The position numbers were made by a program, and so were the translations under genes. Below are positions 1-13,491 of a stretch of 64,000 nt of DNA, piece after piece (position 1 is the stretch's first letter; every line of letters begins with the position of its first letter). This DNA comes from Hyaloraphidium curvatum SAG 235-1 (taxonomy: Eukaryota > Fungi > Monoblepharomycota): assembly GCA_025558095.1 (NCBI GenBank), contig JAIVFI010000013.1:248001-312000 (forward strand), given 5' to 3'. Under the pieces are notes generated by a model. It had not been told where the DNA came from. It ran no database searches and was given only the letters and a program-made list of their open reading frames with translations.

Positions 1-3000
1 GATGATGGGCGTGCTGATGGCCTTGGACGCGTTGATGATCTCCTTGATGCGGGGCACGCCGAGCGTGATGTTCATGCTGGCCACGCCGGCAAAGTGGAAG
101 GTCTTGAGGGTCATCTGCGTGCCGGGCTCGCCGATCGATTGCGCGCCGACGGCGCCCACGGCCGTGCCGGGCTCGATCCGGGCCTTCATGTACTTGCGCC
201 AGCAGGTGTCGAGGAACATCTCCAGCTGCTGCTTGGTGACGCGGAAGGTGTTGTCGGCCTGGATCTGGCCCAGCGACCTGCGCCGGCCCAAACGCTCGGC
301 AGCGGTGCCCGCATTTTCTTCGCCCTCCAGGCACTTGGCGAGTCCAAACACGCCGCGGACGCGGCCCAGCTTCTGAACGATGTGCTTCTCGACGAATTGA
401 GTAACCTGCTCGACAAAGGCTCTGGAACACTTGGAGAAAGTAGGCTCGAGAATGCCTTCGGCGACGAGCTCGCGGATCTCGAAAGGCAGCAAGCCGGGCT
501 CGCCAAAGCAAGGCAGCACATTCTGGCAATGCGCAAGCAGCCGAGGGAAGTGCACCGGCTGCTTGTCGCCTTCCATGAAGCTGGGGTCCAGGCCGTCGTC
601 GCCGTACGTGAGCTGAACCACGCCGCTCGTCGAGTTGCGGACTGACGAATCGTAGGCCGTGGTCAGGTCCTCGAGCGCCTTCATGAGACGCCGCTGCATG
701 TAACCGGTCTCTGCAGTTTTGACGGCGGTGTCGACCAGTCCTTCGCGACCCGAGACGGCGTGGAACAGGAACTCAGACGGAGTGAGACCGCTGTAGAAGC
801 TGTTGCGCACGAAGCCCTTGGCGGCGGGGATTTTGGAGTGCTTGCCAAAATGCGGCAGGGAACGGTCCGGGAAACCGTTCGGGATGCGCTGGCCCGAGAT
901 GATCTGCTGGCCGACGCAGGCAACCATCTGCGACACGTTGATCTTGGAGCCTTTCGATCCGCAAAGCGACATGATGAGCGGCGCGTTGTACTTGTTGAGC
1001 TCCTGGAGACAGATCTGACCGACGTCGTCGCGGATCTTGGAGAGGATCCCAGAAATCTTGGCCTCGAGCGTCTGCTCGGCGTCGCACCCTGGTTGGTTCT
1101 CCAGCTGCCCCTTGCGGCTCTTTTCGATCACGTCGTCGCAGTCCGTGTAGCCCTTCTCCACGACCTGGTCCTTCTTGACCGAAAGGACCGCTCCCGGCTG
1201 CACATCCTCGATGCCGATGGAGAAGCCACGGTTGGCCAACCAGCGCGCGCACGTCTTTGCCAAGCGGTTCATGGCGCCTGCCGCATCCTCCGGGCTGTAG
1301 TCCCGCAGGATGGTGTAGAAGACGCTGTTCTTGCTCTCGGCACCGATGAGCGACTTGTCGATGGTGCCACAAAGCAGCTGCGAGTTCTGGATGATGACCC
1401 AGCCGTCCGCTTCATCGAACTCGGCCATCCCGTGGCCCTTTTCGAAGGTCCGATTGCGAGTGCTGAGGTTGACGTTCACGTTGCTCTTGCGGTTCGGCTT
1501 CAGGACCAGGGAGAACAGCTGCTTGCCCGTCCAGAGCCGCTGCGGCTTGAGGATCGCCGGCGGCGGGAGATCAATGTGCGTGACGGCGTCGCCCATGTAC
1601 GTGCAGTACTCGGCGATCTGCGCACGGTTGAAAAACACGTCGCGGCGCGTCATGAGGTACGACGCCGTGATGAAGTCCTGAATCGCCGCGATGAGCGGTT
1701 CGCCGTTGCGGGGGGTCACGAGGTTCTGCTTGACCCCCATGAGCTCCCGGGCTTCTGCACGGGCCTCCTCCGTCTGCGGCACGTGCAAGTTCATTTCGTC
1801 TCCGTCGAAGTCCGCGTTGTAGGGAGTGCAGGCACACTCGTTGAGCCGGAAGGTCCTCCACGGCCGCACCTTGACAAAGTGCGACATGATGGACAGTTTG
1901 TGCAAGCTGGGCTGCCGGTTGAAGAGCACAATGTCCCCGTCGATGAGGTGGCGCTCTACGAGGTCGCCCGGCTTGAGGTTGGCCGCGGTGGCCTTCCTGT
2001 CCCCGAACTTGAGGTACATGTTGCTGAACTTTCCGCCGTCGGCCTTCTTGACGTAGTTCGCGCCCGGGTGCACGTCTATCCCGTTGCGCACCGCCGCCCG
2101 CAAGCGCTCGATGTTGTGCACCGTCACCTGCTCCGGATAGGTGAGGGTCTTGGCCACGTGGACGGGAACCGCGACCTCGTCGATGCGGAGGTTCGGATCC
2201 GGACTGATGACCGTGCGGCCCGAAAAGTCGACGCGCTTCCCGGAAAGGTTGCCGCGGAAGCGGCCCTGCTTTCCCTTCAGCCTCTGGCAGAACCCTCTCT
2301 TGATCCTGTTCAACATCTGGCAACCAGGGTTTTAGGCCGTGCGTTGCTCAATCCGGGAACCAAGCTCACCGTCGGCGTGTTGGCAACGCCGGGAAGGTCC
2401 GCGTTCACGAACATGGCGCACTGCAGCTGCAGAAAGTCCCAGTGTTCCATGAGGAGCTTCATGTCCCCGCCGTCCTTCAAGGAGTTGCGTATCCGCGCGT
2501 TCACGGTGACAATGTCCGAGAGGAGCACCGTGATGTCATCCTCGTTGCTCGCGCCGTCCTGCCCCACCGACGGTCGGATGCACACCGGCGGAACCGGGAG
2601 CGAGGTCCAGATGAACTCCTCGGGTCGGCCGTGGGACGGGTCCAGGCCCAGCAGCTCGCAGTCCTCGTCCGAGATCTGCTGGAACAGCGTGAGGACCCGG
2701 ACCGGGTCCAGGTCGTCCTGCGCCTTGGAGATGTGGTACTTCATGTCCGGCTGCATCTCCACGGCCGCGTCGAAGGTGGCGCGGAAGGCCTTTATGTCGT
2801 CCTCCTGCGCTTTCCGCGTCGCCTTGTACCGTTCGTGGACGAGGCGCATCGGGGAAACCTTCTTCACCATGCCGTTGAACTCGTCGCAGTGGGGGCACTT
2901 GGTGACCTTCTTGCAGAGGGCGTTCAAGGATTTGAGGATGGCGCCCCGCTGGACGCCGTCGATGTTGGGCTGCCGCAGGCGGCGCAGGTACGTCCGGCGG

Positions 3001-3477
3001 TCGCGCTCCTCCACCAAGATCCGGGCACACGACTTGCACACATTCTGGAGGATCTGGATCACGAGGCGGAAGTAGCCGATGTGGAACACGGGGAGCGCGA
3101 GGCGGAGTTGTCCAAAGTGCCCGACGCAGTCCTTGAGCTGCAGCTTGCAGGTCTCGCAGTTGCCCGCCTTGGACGAGATCCCCTGGAGGTACATGCCGGT
3201 CAGGGGCCGCGATGCACAGGGAAAACATCATTTGGAACCCACGAGGCGCTTGTCCAGGGCCCCATAGGCGAGCGGAGGCCGTCCGGCCTGCGAAATGTCA
3301 AAGAGGTCCCTCTGGGTGATGCTCACGACCGAGAGCTGCGAAAGTTCGGCCGCGCTGAGCGCCCCAAACTCGATCTGCTCGCTGGAGTCGACGGGACGTC
3401 ATCCTGGGCCATTCCACGGGAGCAGGCGTGCTGGCCCACATTCGCTTCGGGGTGGAGTCGACCACCGGCTGCTTCAT
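1..3477 (-). CDS. RPC1: RNA polymerase III largest subunit (C160), 3' part runs off the window; multi-exon
   Basis: Spliced minus-strand translation gives [19 protein letters not shown], the Zn-binding [43 protein letters not shown], the catalytic [12 protein letters not shown] (~1790-1824), [18 protein letters not shown] and [39 protein letters not shown]. These variants are Pol III-type. Confidence 0.96.
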
Positions 3478-3639
3478 ATTGGCTATACCCTCGGCGGCCC
3501 CCCCGCCGGAAACACGTGCGGCCGCACTGTGTGATCTCCTGCTCCCTTCAGCAGTCGTAGAGGAACGAGAACTACAAGGCCGGGAAGCGCGTCTGTCAAC
3601 AGACAAGGGCATTTCTGCAGATCTGCACTGCAGGCATAT

Positions 3640-4369
3640 ATGGCGAGGGCTCCGTCGCCCGGGGGAGCGTCCGTCGTGACGCTTGTCGCCGACGCGGGCG
3701 TCGGGACCGCCGGCACGAAGCGCAAGTTCGAGGACGACGGGCTCGCGCAGGTGCATTCCCGCGTCCCCCACGCGCACTGCCCCGGCCACTCACGCCCGCC
3801 AATCGCAGTCGCAGCCGCCGCGACCGCCGCCATGGGCCGCGCAGGCGTGCTCTCGCAAGCGGCCTCGGGATTGGGACGACGACGGCGGGGACGTTGTTGA
3901 CGAGCCTCCTCCGTACGCGGACTTCGGGGCCTCGCACAGGCAGGGCTGGGGCGCGCCGCCGGACTACAAGGACTGCCAGCCCCCCACGAAGCGGGCCAGG
4001 CACGCACACGCGGCGGAGGACTGGAAGGCTTCCGTCATGGACTCGCTGGGGCGCCCGGTTCCCAAAGCGGCGCCGCCGTCGACGAGCTTCTACGTGTACA
4101 ACGCGGCAGCCTTCGAGAAACCGCTCGCGGCTGTGCCGCCGGAGCTCGCGCCACCGGAGCCCCCGTTGGAATCTCATGGGCCGCACGCGGGACTGGGATC
4201 CTCTACGATCCACCAGAAACTTCAAGCGCTTGTGGACAGCGCCGGGACTTGGATTCAGCATCTTCGCGACGATCCGGGCGGCCGTGCACGCCGCACAGAT
4301 CATCCTCGGCAGCCCGGGACGAAGTGGACGTCGCGGGTTGCCAGTTTCCTGAGAAAGGGCAAGGGCTGA
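3640..4369 (+). CDS. Hypothetical low-complexity protein (2 exons, predicted intron 3751-3844)
   Basis: The ATG-3640 ORF (..TKRKFEDDGLAQ) splices by GT..CAG into the 3683-4369 frame (RKRPRDWDDD...FLRKGKG*). It is divergent from RPC1; no family recognised. Confidence 0.55.
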
Positions 4370-4685
4370 ACATGGCGCGCAGGCCGTGCGAGAATCAGCA
4401 AAAGGCACAGAGCCTGGGGATCTGAACGATTTGCTTCCTCGTGGGTCCGGATCGGTCGTGTTTCGAAATGTGGAGTGCAAACGGCGGAGAGCGTGAGCGG
4501 GATGGTGTTCCTCTACTTGATATCGATGCTACTATTGCTGCTACTGGTTTTGTACCCTATTCGTGACTAAATCGTGGTCCTTTGTTGCCTTGCCTTCGGT
4601 GAAGAGGGACGCTGCGATGATTGGTTGCTTGCCGACCGACGCGGCTCAAGCCTTGCGAGTCGCGGACCGCGGTTGACGCCTTCTG

Positions 4686-7600
4686 ATGTCCAAGAAGCGC
4701 AAGTACACCAAAGACGACTATGATGAGGAGGTCGCCCGCATCGTGACGGCAATCGAGCAGGCGCGGCCGGACGATGCCAACTCGTGGAAGGTCCGCCCCG
4801 GAGCGCGAACATCCTTCACTTCCCGTCCTGACGCCGAGATCTCGGAAAGCTCCTGGACGCGCTCGGCAAGGATCCGCGAACGGTCGCGAAAGAGCCAAAG
4901 ATCCTGGGCCAATTGAACGAATGGGTCCGCGCCAACTTTGCCGCGTGCCCGGACGCGGCGCTAAAGTCGCTGTGCGTGGACGCGCTGGTCGCGGCCGCGG
5001 GCCTACTGGAGCCCGTGGATGCTCTGGAAATACTTGGAAATGTCTTTGTGCGTCGTTCCGAGGCTGCTGGGAGGGAGATCGGTCTCATGAGGGCATGCAT
5101 AGTCCAACCTGCAGGACGAGGGCGATCGAGTCTGCTTCGTCCGAGCCTCTACCGGCGCTCTGGGTGTCCTTCGGGTTCGTCGACCTTGTCTTGCACTTTT
5201 TCTGGTCCTTAACGGTGCGATTGCATTCAGGAGCTCAAAGCCGCCTCTTGGCCAGCAGAGGCTTTCGCACCTCTGTCGGCTTTAGTGGAAGAGACCCTCC
5301 TGAACCTCGGCTACGTAGACGGGATCGTCCGGGCCAGCTCCCTGGAAACCCTCGCGGAGGCACTCGGGATCGCTTCTGCACACGGCCGGGCGAGATTGGC
5401 AATGCTGTCGGAGTCCGACCTCGCCCAGCTCGCGGCCAACTTCACCGCCGATCCGGACTGGCGCGTGCGATCTGTGGGTCTCACCGGCCGTTGAGTGTGT
5501 TCAGTGACTGACGATTGGTCAAGGTCGCGGTGCAGGTTTTGGTCAAGATTGGTCCGGCTTCCTTGGCCCCCGACGCCCAGACGTACTCAAGGCTTTGCGC
5601 TCTGCTGAAGGACACGAGCGCTACTGTTCGACGGCATGCCATTGACCTCGTGTGGTGGGCGTGCTCGCACGTATTACTCCACGATCCGCTGACCGCAGCG
5701 GAAGGTCCATGGCTTCGGAACGCACCCTCGCCATCATCACGGTGGAAAACGAAGGCCAGCGCCTCCGCCTGCTTGATGATGCCTTCTCCAGGTTATGCGA
5801 TTTGGTGAATGACGGAGAGGTACCTGTACGAGTGCACGTCGCCGCGACCCTGGGGAAGTTCAGGGGTGTGGAAACGCTTCTGCTGAAACAGACCTTGAGC
5901 AAGCAAATCCTAAAGCCAAAGAAGCGGTCAGGAGGCCAAGGACCAAAGCGGAAGAAGGTTTGCTGGGCGCTTCTGGGGTTCGTTGATCGCAGTAGCTGAT
6001 GATTTATCCAGCGCAAAACGGTCGATACTTCATTCTCTATTGGTGATGTTGATGCCGAGGAGGGCGAAGTTGCCTTGATGGAGGCGAGTTCTTGCGGAGC
6101 CTTCATCCATGCACTCGAAGACGAGTTTGAGGAGGTCCGGAACACCGCGATCGGTGAGCAGCGAGTTGTGTCTGGGAAAGGGGTTCGATCGCTGATGGGT
6201 CGACCAGATTCGCTTCGCGATCTCTGTGTCTCCAACCTTGAATTCGCTCGCTATGCTATCGATTTCCTGCTAGGTTCGCGCCTTGCTGCGTCCGTCTACT
6301 GCGCAAGCTCACTGCTGGTTATCGCCAGACATGCTGAACGACGAAATGGATCACGTCAGGCTCAACGCAGTCGACACGCTTTGCGTCGTTGCCAATGCCC
6401 ACTCGGCAATGGCCCTCGATGAGGAGCAGCTCAAGACAGTTATGACGTTGACATTGGACCACGATGTGCTGTGCCGGCGGTCGGCATACCGGTTCTTGGA
6501 GTGGGTTTATTCGCGCGGCTGTGTATGGTGGCTGACGTTTCCTTCGTGAAGGTCCATAAGGATAGCCGGGCCGGCCAGCATGCTGCACTTCGTCGATATT
6601 CTGTACGTCACCCTCCGCCGGTACCCGGGGGACACAGAGCCCGTCTACAAATGCATGTCGCTGGTGGGCAAACACCACCCCGACATTGTCCGTAAGTGTC
6701 GTTTGGAACTGTGGTCCGAAACCCTTGTCATGCGGCTACCGGGTAGGCGAGGTGATGTCGAAGCTGTTCCGGATCGATAGCCGCTTTCTGGCCCAAGAGA
6801 TTGCGCTACAAGATGTCCAGCGTAAGTTGATGGTGAGCGTTGTAGTTGATTAGCTGACTCGGTGGCGTCAGACGTCGGCAATGTCTTTCTTCTCTTCGGA
6901 GCTTGCTCTGCACAGCCCCGGATGCTCGAAACAGTTCCGGCCTACCTAAGGCAACATTATGGCTTCATTTCACTTCGCTACCCGGCTCTAGCACCGCGCC
7001 TCGAGCGTGAGGCTAAAGGTCTTGCGCCCATGGAAGACTTGGAGTCCACTCCGGATGAGCTCGAACGGGACTTTGGCGAAATAGTGGACGTACTGCTTTC
7101 CAAGCTCTCGGCCGTGGAAAAGCTGTCGCCGGCGACACCTTTGCGCGTCGTGGACAATGCTTTGCGATCCATTTCTGCCGATTTGGATGCTCTGCACGGC
7201 GGTGATCGAGGCCGCAATACCAAGTGTGAATTGATCGCTTCTCATCTCTTGCTGTGTCGAACACTACTGAAGGTCAAGGATGCAACCAACGATCTGTCTT
7301 TTCCTGGCGCTCTGGAGCACCTGTCGTGCTGGCTGCTGTCCGAAAGCTACAGGATCGAGCAAACGTTCCGTTTGCTTCCCCAAGAGTACCTCCTTCATCT
7401 GCGTGCGGTGCGCGCTGTTGCCCACGCTACCTGGCTCCTGTCTGCAATTCGTCTGCGGTATGGCTGTTCTACAGGACGTAGTAAGCCCTCGACTCACAGC
7501 CCTTCCAGTCATCCACCACAAGAGAAGGTGACTAAGCTCTTGCGCCGTTTCTCCCATCGACTAGTGCGACTGCGGAGACTTTGTGGATCACAAAGCATCC

Positions 7601-8263
7601 CTTTCTTCGATGCCCTGGCAACCGCGCTCTCAAGCGGTGTCGACAACCTGGAGCAGTTCCTCAGCAGGCTACAGGAATCCCTGCCTCGGATCTGGCTGCC
7701 AAGGCTGCATGGCATCCCGGCGGATCTTGTAAGGCCTTCAGTGGAGCTCTCAGTCCCGGGAGGAAACGGGTCAGAGGAAGCGTTAGAGGTGGTTGGTGGA
7801 ATGCCGTCCACCATTGAGCTCGTCGCCCGGACGCATTTCGTCGAGGTAGGATCGCGACCCCGGCATTGACAATGCTCTTGACCGACGCATACGGCAGAAC
7901 GTCGGGGATCTCTTCGTGCAAACTACCCTGCCGACCGGAGAGTTGCAGCTGTTTCACCCGCCGAGCTCCCGCTATTCCCGCTGCGGAAGCGCCGCGACTC
8001 TGCATACCCACATACCCCTGAGGCTAGATCCCTGGACGGGCACGACGCCGATCACTTTTCACATGGTTCAAGAGTTCGAACCGGACCAGGTTTCGCCGGA
8101 TGTGCTCATGTTCCGTCGGGCGACGGGCGATCGCTCGATCGATGCAGCGAGATTCTGTTACCTTGCGCTGGCGGGAGAAGGACGGGAGCAAATGGAAAGG
8201 AGGGAGCTAGCTAGCCCATCGTTAGCAACTGCCCGCCGCTTTGCGCGCGTGCTTTGGGAGTAG
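4686..8263 (+). CDS. INTS4: Integrator complex subunit 4-like HEAT-repeat protein; many short introns
   Basis: Exon peptides LLDDAFSRLCDLVNDGEVPVRVHVAATLG..LKQTLSKQI and SCGAFIHALEDEFEEVRNTAIDSL..FARYAIDFLLDMLNDEMDHVRL match the conserved INTS4/SIEL blocks (DDAF..ICHMVSD; GACGAFVHGLEDE..EVR; DFLVDMFNDE). The 3' end is uncertain. Confidence 0.8.
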
Positions 8264-8343
8264 AGTGATGACCAGGACCCGGCCCGCCGCCACCGCCTCG
8301 TCCTGCGCTAACCGACGCGCCTGTCCTGTCCACGGGCGGCGAC

Positions 8344-10878
8344 ATGTCAGCCAAACCTTTGATTGCAGGATGGCTCCGACTAATCATTCTGGTCGGTGTC
8401 TCGCGCTGACGGCCCTGTTGGAAGAGGCAGACGCGTTGACGCGTCCGACCCTCAGGTGCTCATTGCATTCGTGGGATTCTCGTCGAGATTGTTCTCCGGT
8501 ACGCAGACTGCTCTGCTACGATGCCACTGGATCCGCTCACTCATGTTTTGTGCCCCCAGTGATCCGTTTCGAGTCCATTATCCACGAGTTTGACCCATGG
8601 TGCCACGACCCCCACGCGTCGACCACGCGCTGCCGAAGCTTATCTAGCGCGTTTTCCACCTCTTTCTCAGGTTCAATTACCGTGCAACTCAGAAACTGGT
8701 GGAGAGTGGGCCCTACGAGTTCTGGAACTGGTTCGATGACTTCAGCTGGTAAGGAAGCTCTCGTTCCACGGGGCATCCACAATGGTGGCTCACATTCCGC
8801 TCAGGTATCCTCTCGGACGTGTCGTCGGAGGGACGGTCTACCCCGGGATCATGCTGACATCGGGCCTGATCCACTACGTGCTCAACTTCCTCAACTTCCC
8901 CATCCACATCCGCGAAGTCTGCGTGTTCTTGGCCCCCGTGTTCTCGGGCCTGACCGCGTTCGCGGCATACCTCCTCACGTCGGAGATCAAGAACCAGTCG
9001 GCTGGGCTGCTGGCGGCCGCCTTTGTCGGGATCGTACCGGGTTACATCTCCCGCTCGGTGGCCGGAAGCTATGACAACGAGGCCATCGCCATCTTCATCC
9101 TCATGATGACCTTTTACCTCTGGGTCAAGGCTCTCAAGCTGGGATCCGCCTACTGGGCGGGACTCGCTGCCCTGTTCTACTTCTACATGGTCGCCTCGTG
9201 GGGCGGGTACGCCTTCATCACCAATCTGATCCCTCTGCACGTGTTCGTGCTGCTGCTCATGGGTCGCTACTCGACGCGGATGTACGTCGCCTACACAACG
9301 TGGTACGCCATCGGTGTTATCTCGGCGATGCAGATCCCGTTCGTTGGTTTCCAGCCGGTGTCGACGAGCGAGCACATGGCAGCTCTCGGTGGGCTGCACC
9401 GCGCGACTCGCTCGTGATCGTCGTGCTGACTATGCCGACCGATTGCAGGCATCTTTGGGCTTCTTCAGATCGTTGCCTTTGTCAACTACGTGCGCTCGTT
9501 CGTCTCCGAGAAGCAGTTCCAGGTTCTGTTCCAGGGCTTCATCGTCGTCGCTGCGATCGTCATGTTTGCGGCGCTGGTGTTTGCAACCATGACCGGCGTC
9601 GTTGCTCCCTGGACCGGACGTTTCTACTCGCTGTGGGACACTGGCTACGCCAAGAAGTACATCCCGATCATCGCCTCGGTGTCGGAGCACCAACCGACGG
9701 CTTGGCCGAGCTTCATCTTCGACCTACACTTCCTCATCGCGGTCTTCCCCGCGGGTGTCTACTTTTGCTTCCGCGAGCTCAAGGACGAGCACGTGTTTGT
9801 CATTGTCTACGCCGTGACCGCCAGCTACTTTTCCGGCGTCATGGTGCGGCTGATGCTCACGCTCACGCCAATCGTCTGCGTGGCGAGCGCCATCGCGGTT
9901 TCCGAGGTTCTGGAGACGTATCTCAAGCCCGCCGCCGCCGCCGAGAAGACGGCCCAGCCGGAGGCGACACCGACACCCGCCGCCACGGCCTCAAAGACCA
10001 AGCCGCAGGACAAGCCGAAGCCCAAGGAGCCCACCAAGGAGGAATCCGGGGACGGTCCGCTCCTCCCGAACCCGTCCTATGCCGTCGTCTTTGCCGCCAT
10101 GGTCATCTTCCTCCAGTTTGTCTGGCACTGCACCTGGGTGACCTCCAACGCGTACTCGTCGCCCTCGGTCGTGCTCGCTTCCCGCGCCCACGACGGCTCG
10201 CAGATGATCATCGACGACTTCCGCGAGGCCTATTACTGGCTCATGCAGAACACGCCGCAGGACGCGAGGGTCATGAGCTGGTGGGACTATGGGTACCAGA
10301 TCGCGGGCATGGCGAACCGCACGACGTTGGTGGACAACAACACGTGGAACAACACGCACATCGCCACGGTGGGCAAGGCCATGTCGAGCCCCGAGGAGGT
10401 CTCGTACGAGATCATGCGGAAGCACGACGTGGACTACGTCCTCATCATCTTTGGCGGCGCGATCGGATACTCGGGCGACGACATCAACAAGTACCTGTGG
10501 ATGATCCGGATCGCCGAGGGCATATGGCCGGACGAGGTCAGCGAGCGCTCGTTCTTCACCGAGTCGGGCGAGTACCGCGTGGACGACGCGGCAACCCCCA
10601 CTATGAAGAATTCGCTCATGTACAAGATGAGCTACTACCGGTTCGGCGATTTGTTCCCGCAGGGACAGGGCTACGACCGGGTGCGGGGATCTGCCATCCC
10701 CAAGAGGCCGATAAAGCTGTCGGTGATCGAGGAGGCGTTCTCGAGCGAGAACCTCATTGTGCGGATCTACCGTGTCAAGGAGCCGGATCTGCTCGGCAGG
10801 ACTTTCGATGCGGCGCAGCAGTTTGAAGGGGGCGCGAAGAGGCGGAGAAAGGTGGCCCGGAAAGCCACTCGTGTATGA
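8344..10878 (+). CDS. STT3: Oligosaccharyltransferase catalytic subunit STT3
   Basis: [50 protein letters not shown] and [11 protein letters not shown] motifs. ATG 8344 splices in frame. Confidence 0.97.
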
Positions 10879-10921
10879 GTGCATCCCAAAACAGGTCAGA
10901 ACTGCATCATCAGTCACTTCA

Positions 10922-11715
10922 TCACTTCATTTTGTCTGCAGCGTCCTTGACCTTTTGCTGCACGCTCGTCGATCCATCGCCGGGACCCATGGTCGCGACG
11001 TGAACTAGTACGCCCAATGCAACCCCGACGGATGATGTGTTCCATATGCGGGTGAGGCCGGCCCCGGGCACAAGGACCCCGACAGCACCCGCGACGGCAC
11101 CCCCGATCGCGCCGTAGGTGGCGAAACGGTCGGTCCTCTGTTGGCCCTCGTTGTGCATGATGCGATACGCCCGATCGTCCACGCCCGGACCGTCCATCGA
11201 GTACGATTTGCCCGCGACCATGAAGAGGCCGAGTGGGATTCCAATCAAGGTTCCACGCCCGGGGTAGCGGAAGGCGTTCCGGAGCAGGCTCTTGTTCTTG
11301 TCCTTTGAGAAGAAGTACCCGATTGGAGACGTCGCCAATCCCACTATCGCACCGGCCTGTGGCGAGACAATCAGAATCACCACTCTCCCCAACCGAGGTA
11401 TCGTCCAAGCTTTCGTAAAGCAATCACACGCCAAGATACTCGGCGCTTCACGCGAAAGCTCCCTAGGCCTATCTCGGAAGGACGTTGCCGATATCGATCC
11501 TCACCTCCACAGTCTTGAGAACGACGTGACCCGTCAGGAGCATGCCAGTATTGGCGGGCATTCCAGATCCTGGGTACTCCTTTTCGGGATCGATCGTTCT
11601 CAGGAGTACCGACGGCCCTTCCCTGCGGAACAGGGTGAGACGGCGTGATTGTCATTCGGGAGGCAATCTATTCGCACCCCGAACTCGGATCCTTGGATCG
11701 TGGCGGGGGGCTCAT
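10922..11715 (-). CDS. Small membrane protein, DUF1757-like (3 exons)
   Basis: Spliced MSPPPRSKDPSSG-EGPSVLL..LTGHVVLKTVE-AGAIVG..DDRAYRIMHNEGQQRTDRF with Gly-rich hydrophobic segments. The family assignment rests on the remembered DR..R...N.GQ...D motif. Confidence 0.6.
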
Positions 11716-11925
11716 CGCGTGTGATCCGCTTCCTTTAAGTAGTGAAGAAGGTGCAGAAAGGGTTCCTCGGTCTCCCTGCTACGTCGCGACTCGTTTGCGG
11801 CCGCGGTGCTCGGCGCCCCCTCATCAGCCATCCCTCGCACCGGGGCGCGGACGCGCCATCACCCTCCACAAACAACCAAAGGGACGAGGAAGGAGCCCTC
11901 GCGGCAAAGCAGAGGCCAGTCAAAA

Positions 11926-13324
11926 ATGACCATCAACGTGCCGGTGCAGGGGCGACCTGCGCTGCACAAAGCTCGCGTCACGCAGCCGTCTCGGAAGGGC
12001 AAGAAGGCGTGGAGGAAGAACATCGACATCACGGAGCATGATGCTGCCCTGGAGGACCGGAGCAACGAGAAGCGCTTGGGCGGCAAGCGCCTGCACGAAA
12101 TCGCAAACGACAGTCTGTTCGTCATCGATGCTCAGGGAGACGACAAGGGTGGGCAGCGACCAGCTTTTCTTTCCCCCGCAGCTCACCTCGGAGCGTTCCT
12201 AGAGCGCCATAAGCTGCGCCATTTCCGCCTCCGTATCGATGAGATACTCAAGCCGGACAGCAAGCTGGCGCCCTTGAGGCCTCAGGAGCCTAAAGCTGGG
12301 GCCGGAACGAAGCGGAAGCTGTCGAAAGCGGAACTGCAGAAGGTCGAGAAGACAAAGGCAAAGCTGGCTCGCACCGTCGACGCAAAAGCCAAGCCCAGCG
12401 AACCATCCTCGGTCGCTGACCCTTGGGCCCCGTCTGGTGCGTCCGCCGGCTTGACATTCCAATGACCTGCTGACGCATCTCGAAGCCGAAGAGGCCGACC
12501 CCGTGGCGGTGAACGATTACCTTGCCCCGGTGCGCACCGTCCCCGTGAAACGACCAAGGACTTTCGACAGGAGAGCGCCATCGTCCTTGGCGCCGTCTGT
12601 CACACCCTCGGACCCGGGAACGTCGTACAATCCGACGTTCGAGGACCACCAACGCCTACTGCAGCAGGCCGTGGACGTGGAAGTGGCCAAGGAAAAGCAG
12701 CGCGAGCAGGTCCAGCAGAAGCTGGCGTACCCTCCCGAATTGGACCTGCTTCCTGAAGACGCCGAGATTGCTTCCCTCGGAGGGGAAGAGTCTGTGGACG
12801 ACGCTGGAGGCCTTGAGGACGAAGCTGTGGGATCCCAAAGCGCGCAAAAGCGGCTGACGAAATCGGAGAAGAACAAGCGGAAGCGCAAGCTGGAAGCGGC
12901 TGCCGAGGAAGAGAGTGCGCGTCTGCGCAAGAAGCAGGCTCGGGAGATCGCGGTCCTGCCGAGCCTGCTGAAGGAAATCAAGAAGAAGGAGAAGGCGAAC
13001 GCGCGAAAGCAGGCGGTCCCGAGAAAGGACGAGAGCGATCCGAAGCGGTTGGGGCCTTACAAGCTCAAGGAGCCGTCGTTGGACCTGCATCTGACGGAAG
13101 AGCTGAGCGAGTCTCTGCGGGCATTGAAGGTTCGGTGGAATCCAGCCGTTGTCCGATCATCCAGTAACGTAACCTTTCGTCGGCAGCCGGAAGGCAACCT
13201 GCTGAAGGATCGCTTCTCGGGGCTCCAGAAGCGGAAGCTGATTGAGCCGCGGGTCCGGGTTGTCCGTTCGCGGAAGTACAAGCTGCGGACGTACGAGAAG
13301 CCGGCGTACAGGTTCTTGAGTTGA
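11926..13324 (+). CDS. NOP53: 60S ribosome biogenesis factor Nop53/GLTSCR2
   Basis: N-terminal QPSRKGKKAWRKNIDI, Mtr4-binding LFVID motif, PGTSYNPTFEDHQ, and C-terminal EGNLLKDRFSGLQKRKLIEPR. Confidence 0.93.
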
Positions 13325-13491
13325 TACCCCCCACTGCGCGTTGTATTTCGACCCAGGTTCTAAGTCTCCTACATTGATGTTGCGCTGCTTGCTGCCAGAG
13401 CCAAGCATGCTGCCCACACGGTGGCACGTCCAGGTTCATCCACCGGTCCCACCCGACAGATACAGGTGCGGACAGGGCGCCAATCCTCCAC

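Noticed and set aside
760-3075. 771-aa plus-strand ORF
   Set aside because: It is the antisense shadow of RPC1. Strong GC3 codon bias removes stops on the opposite strand, and there are no recognisable motifs.
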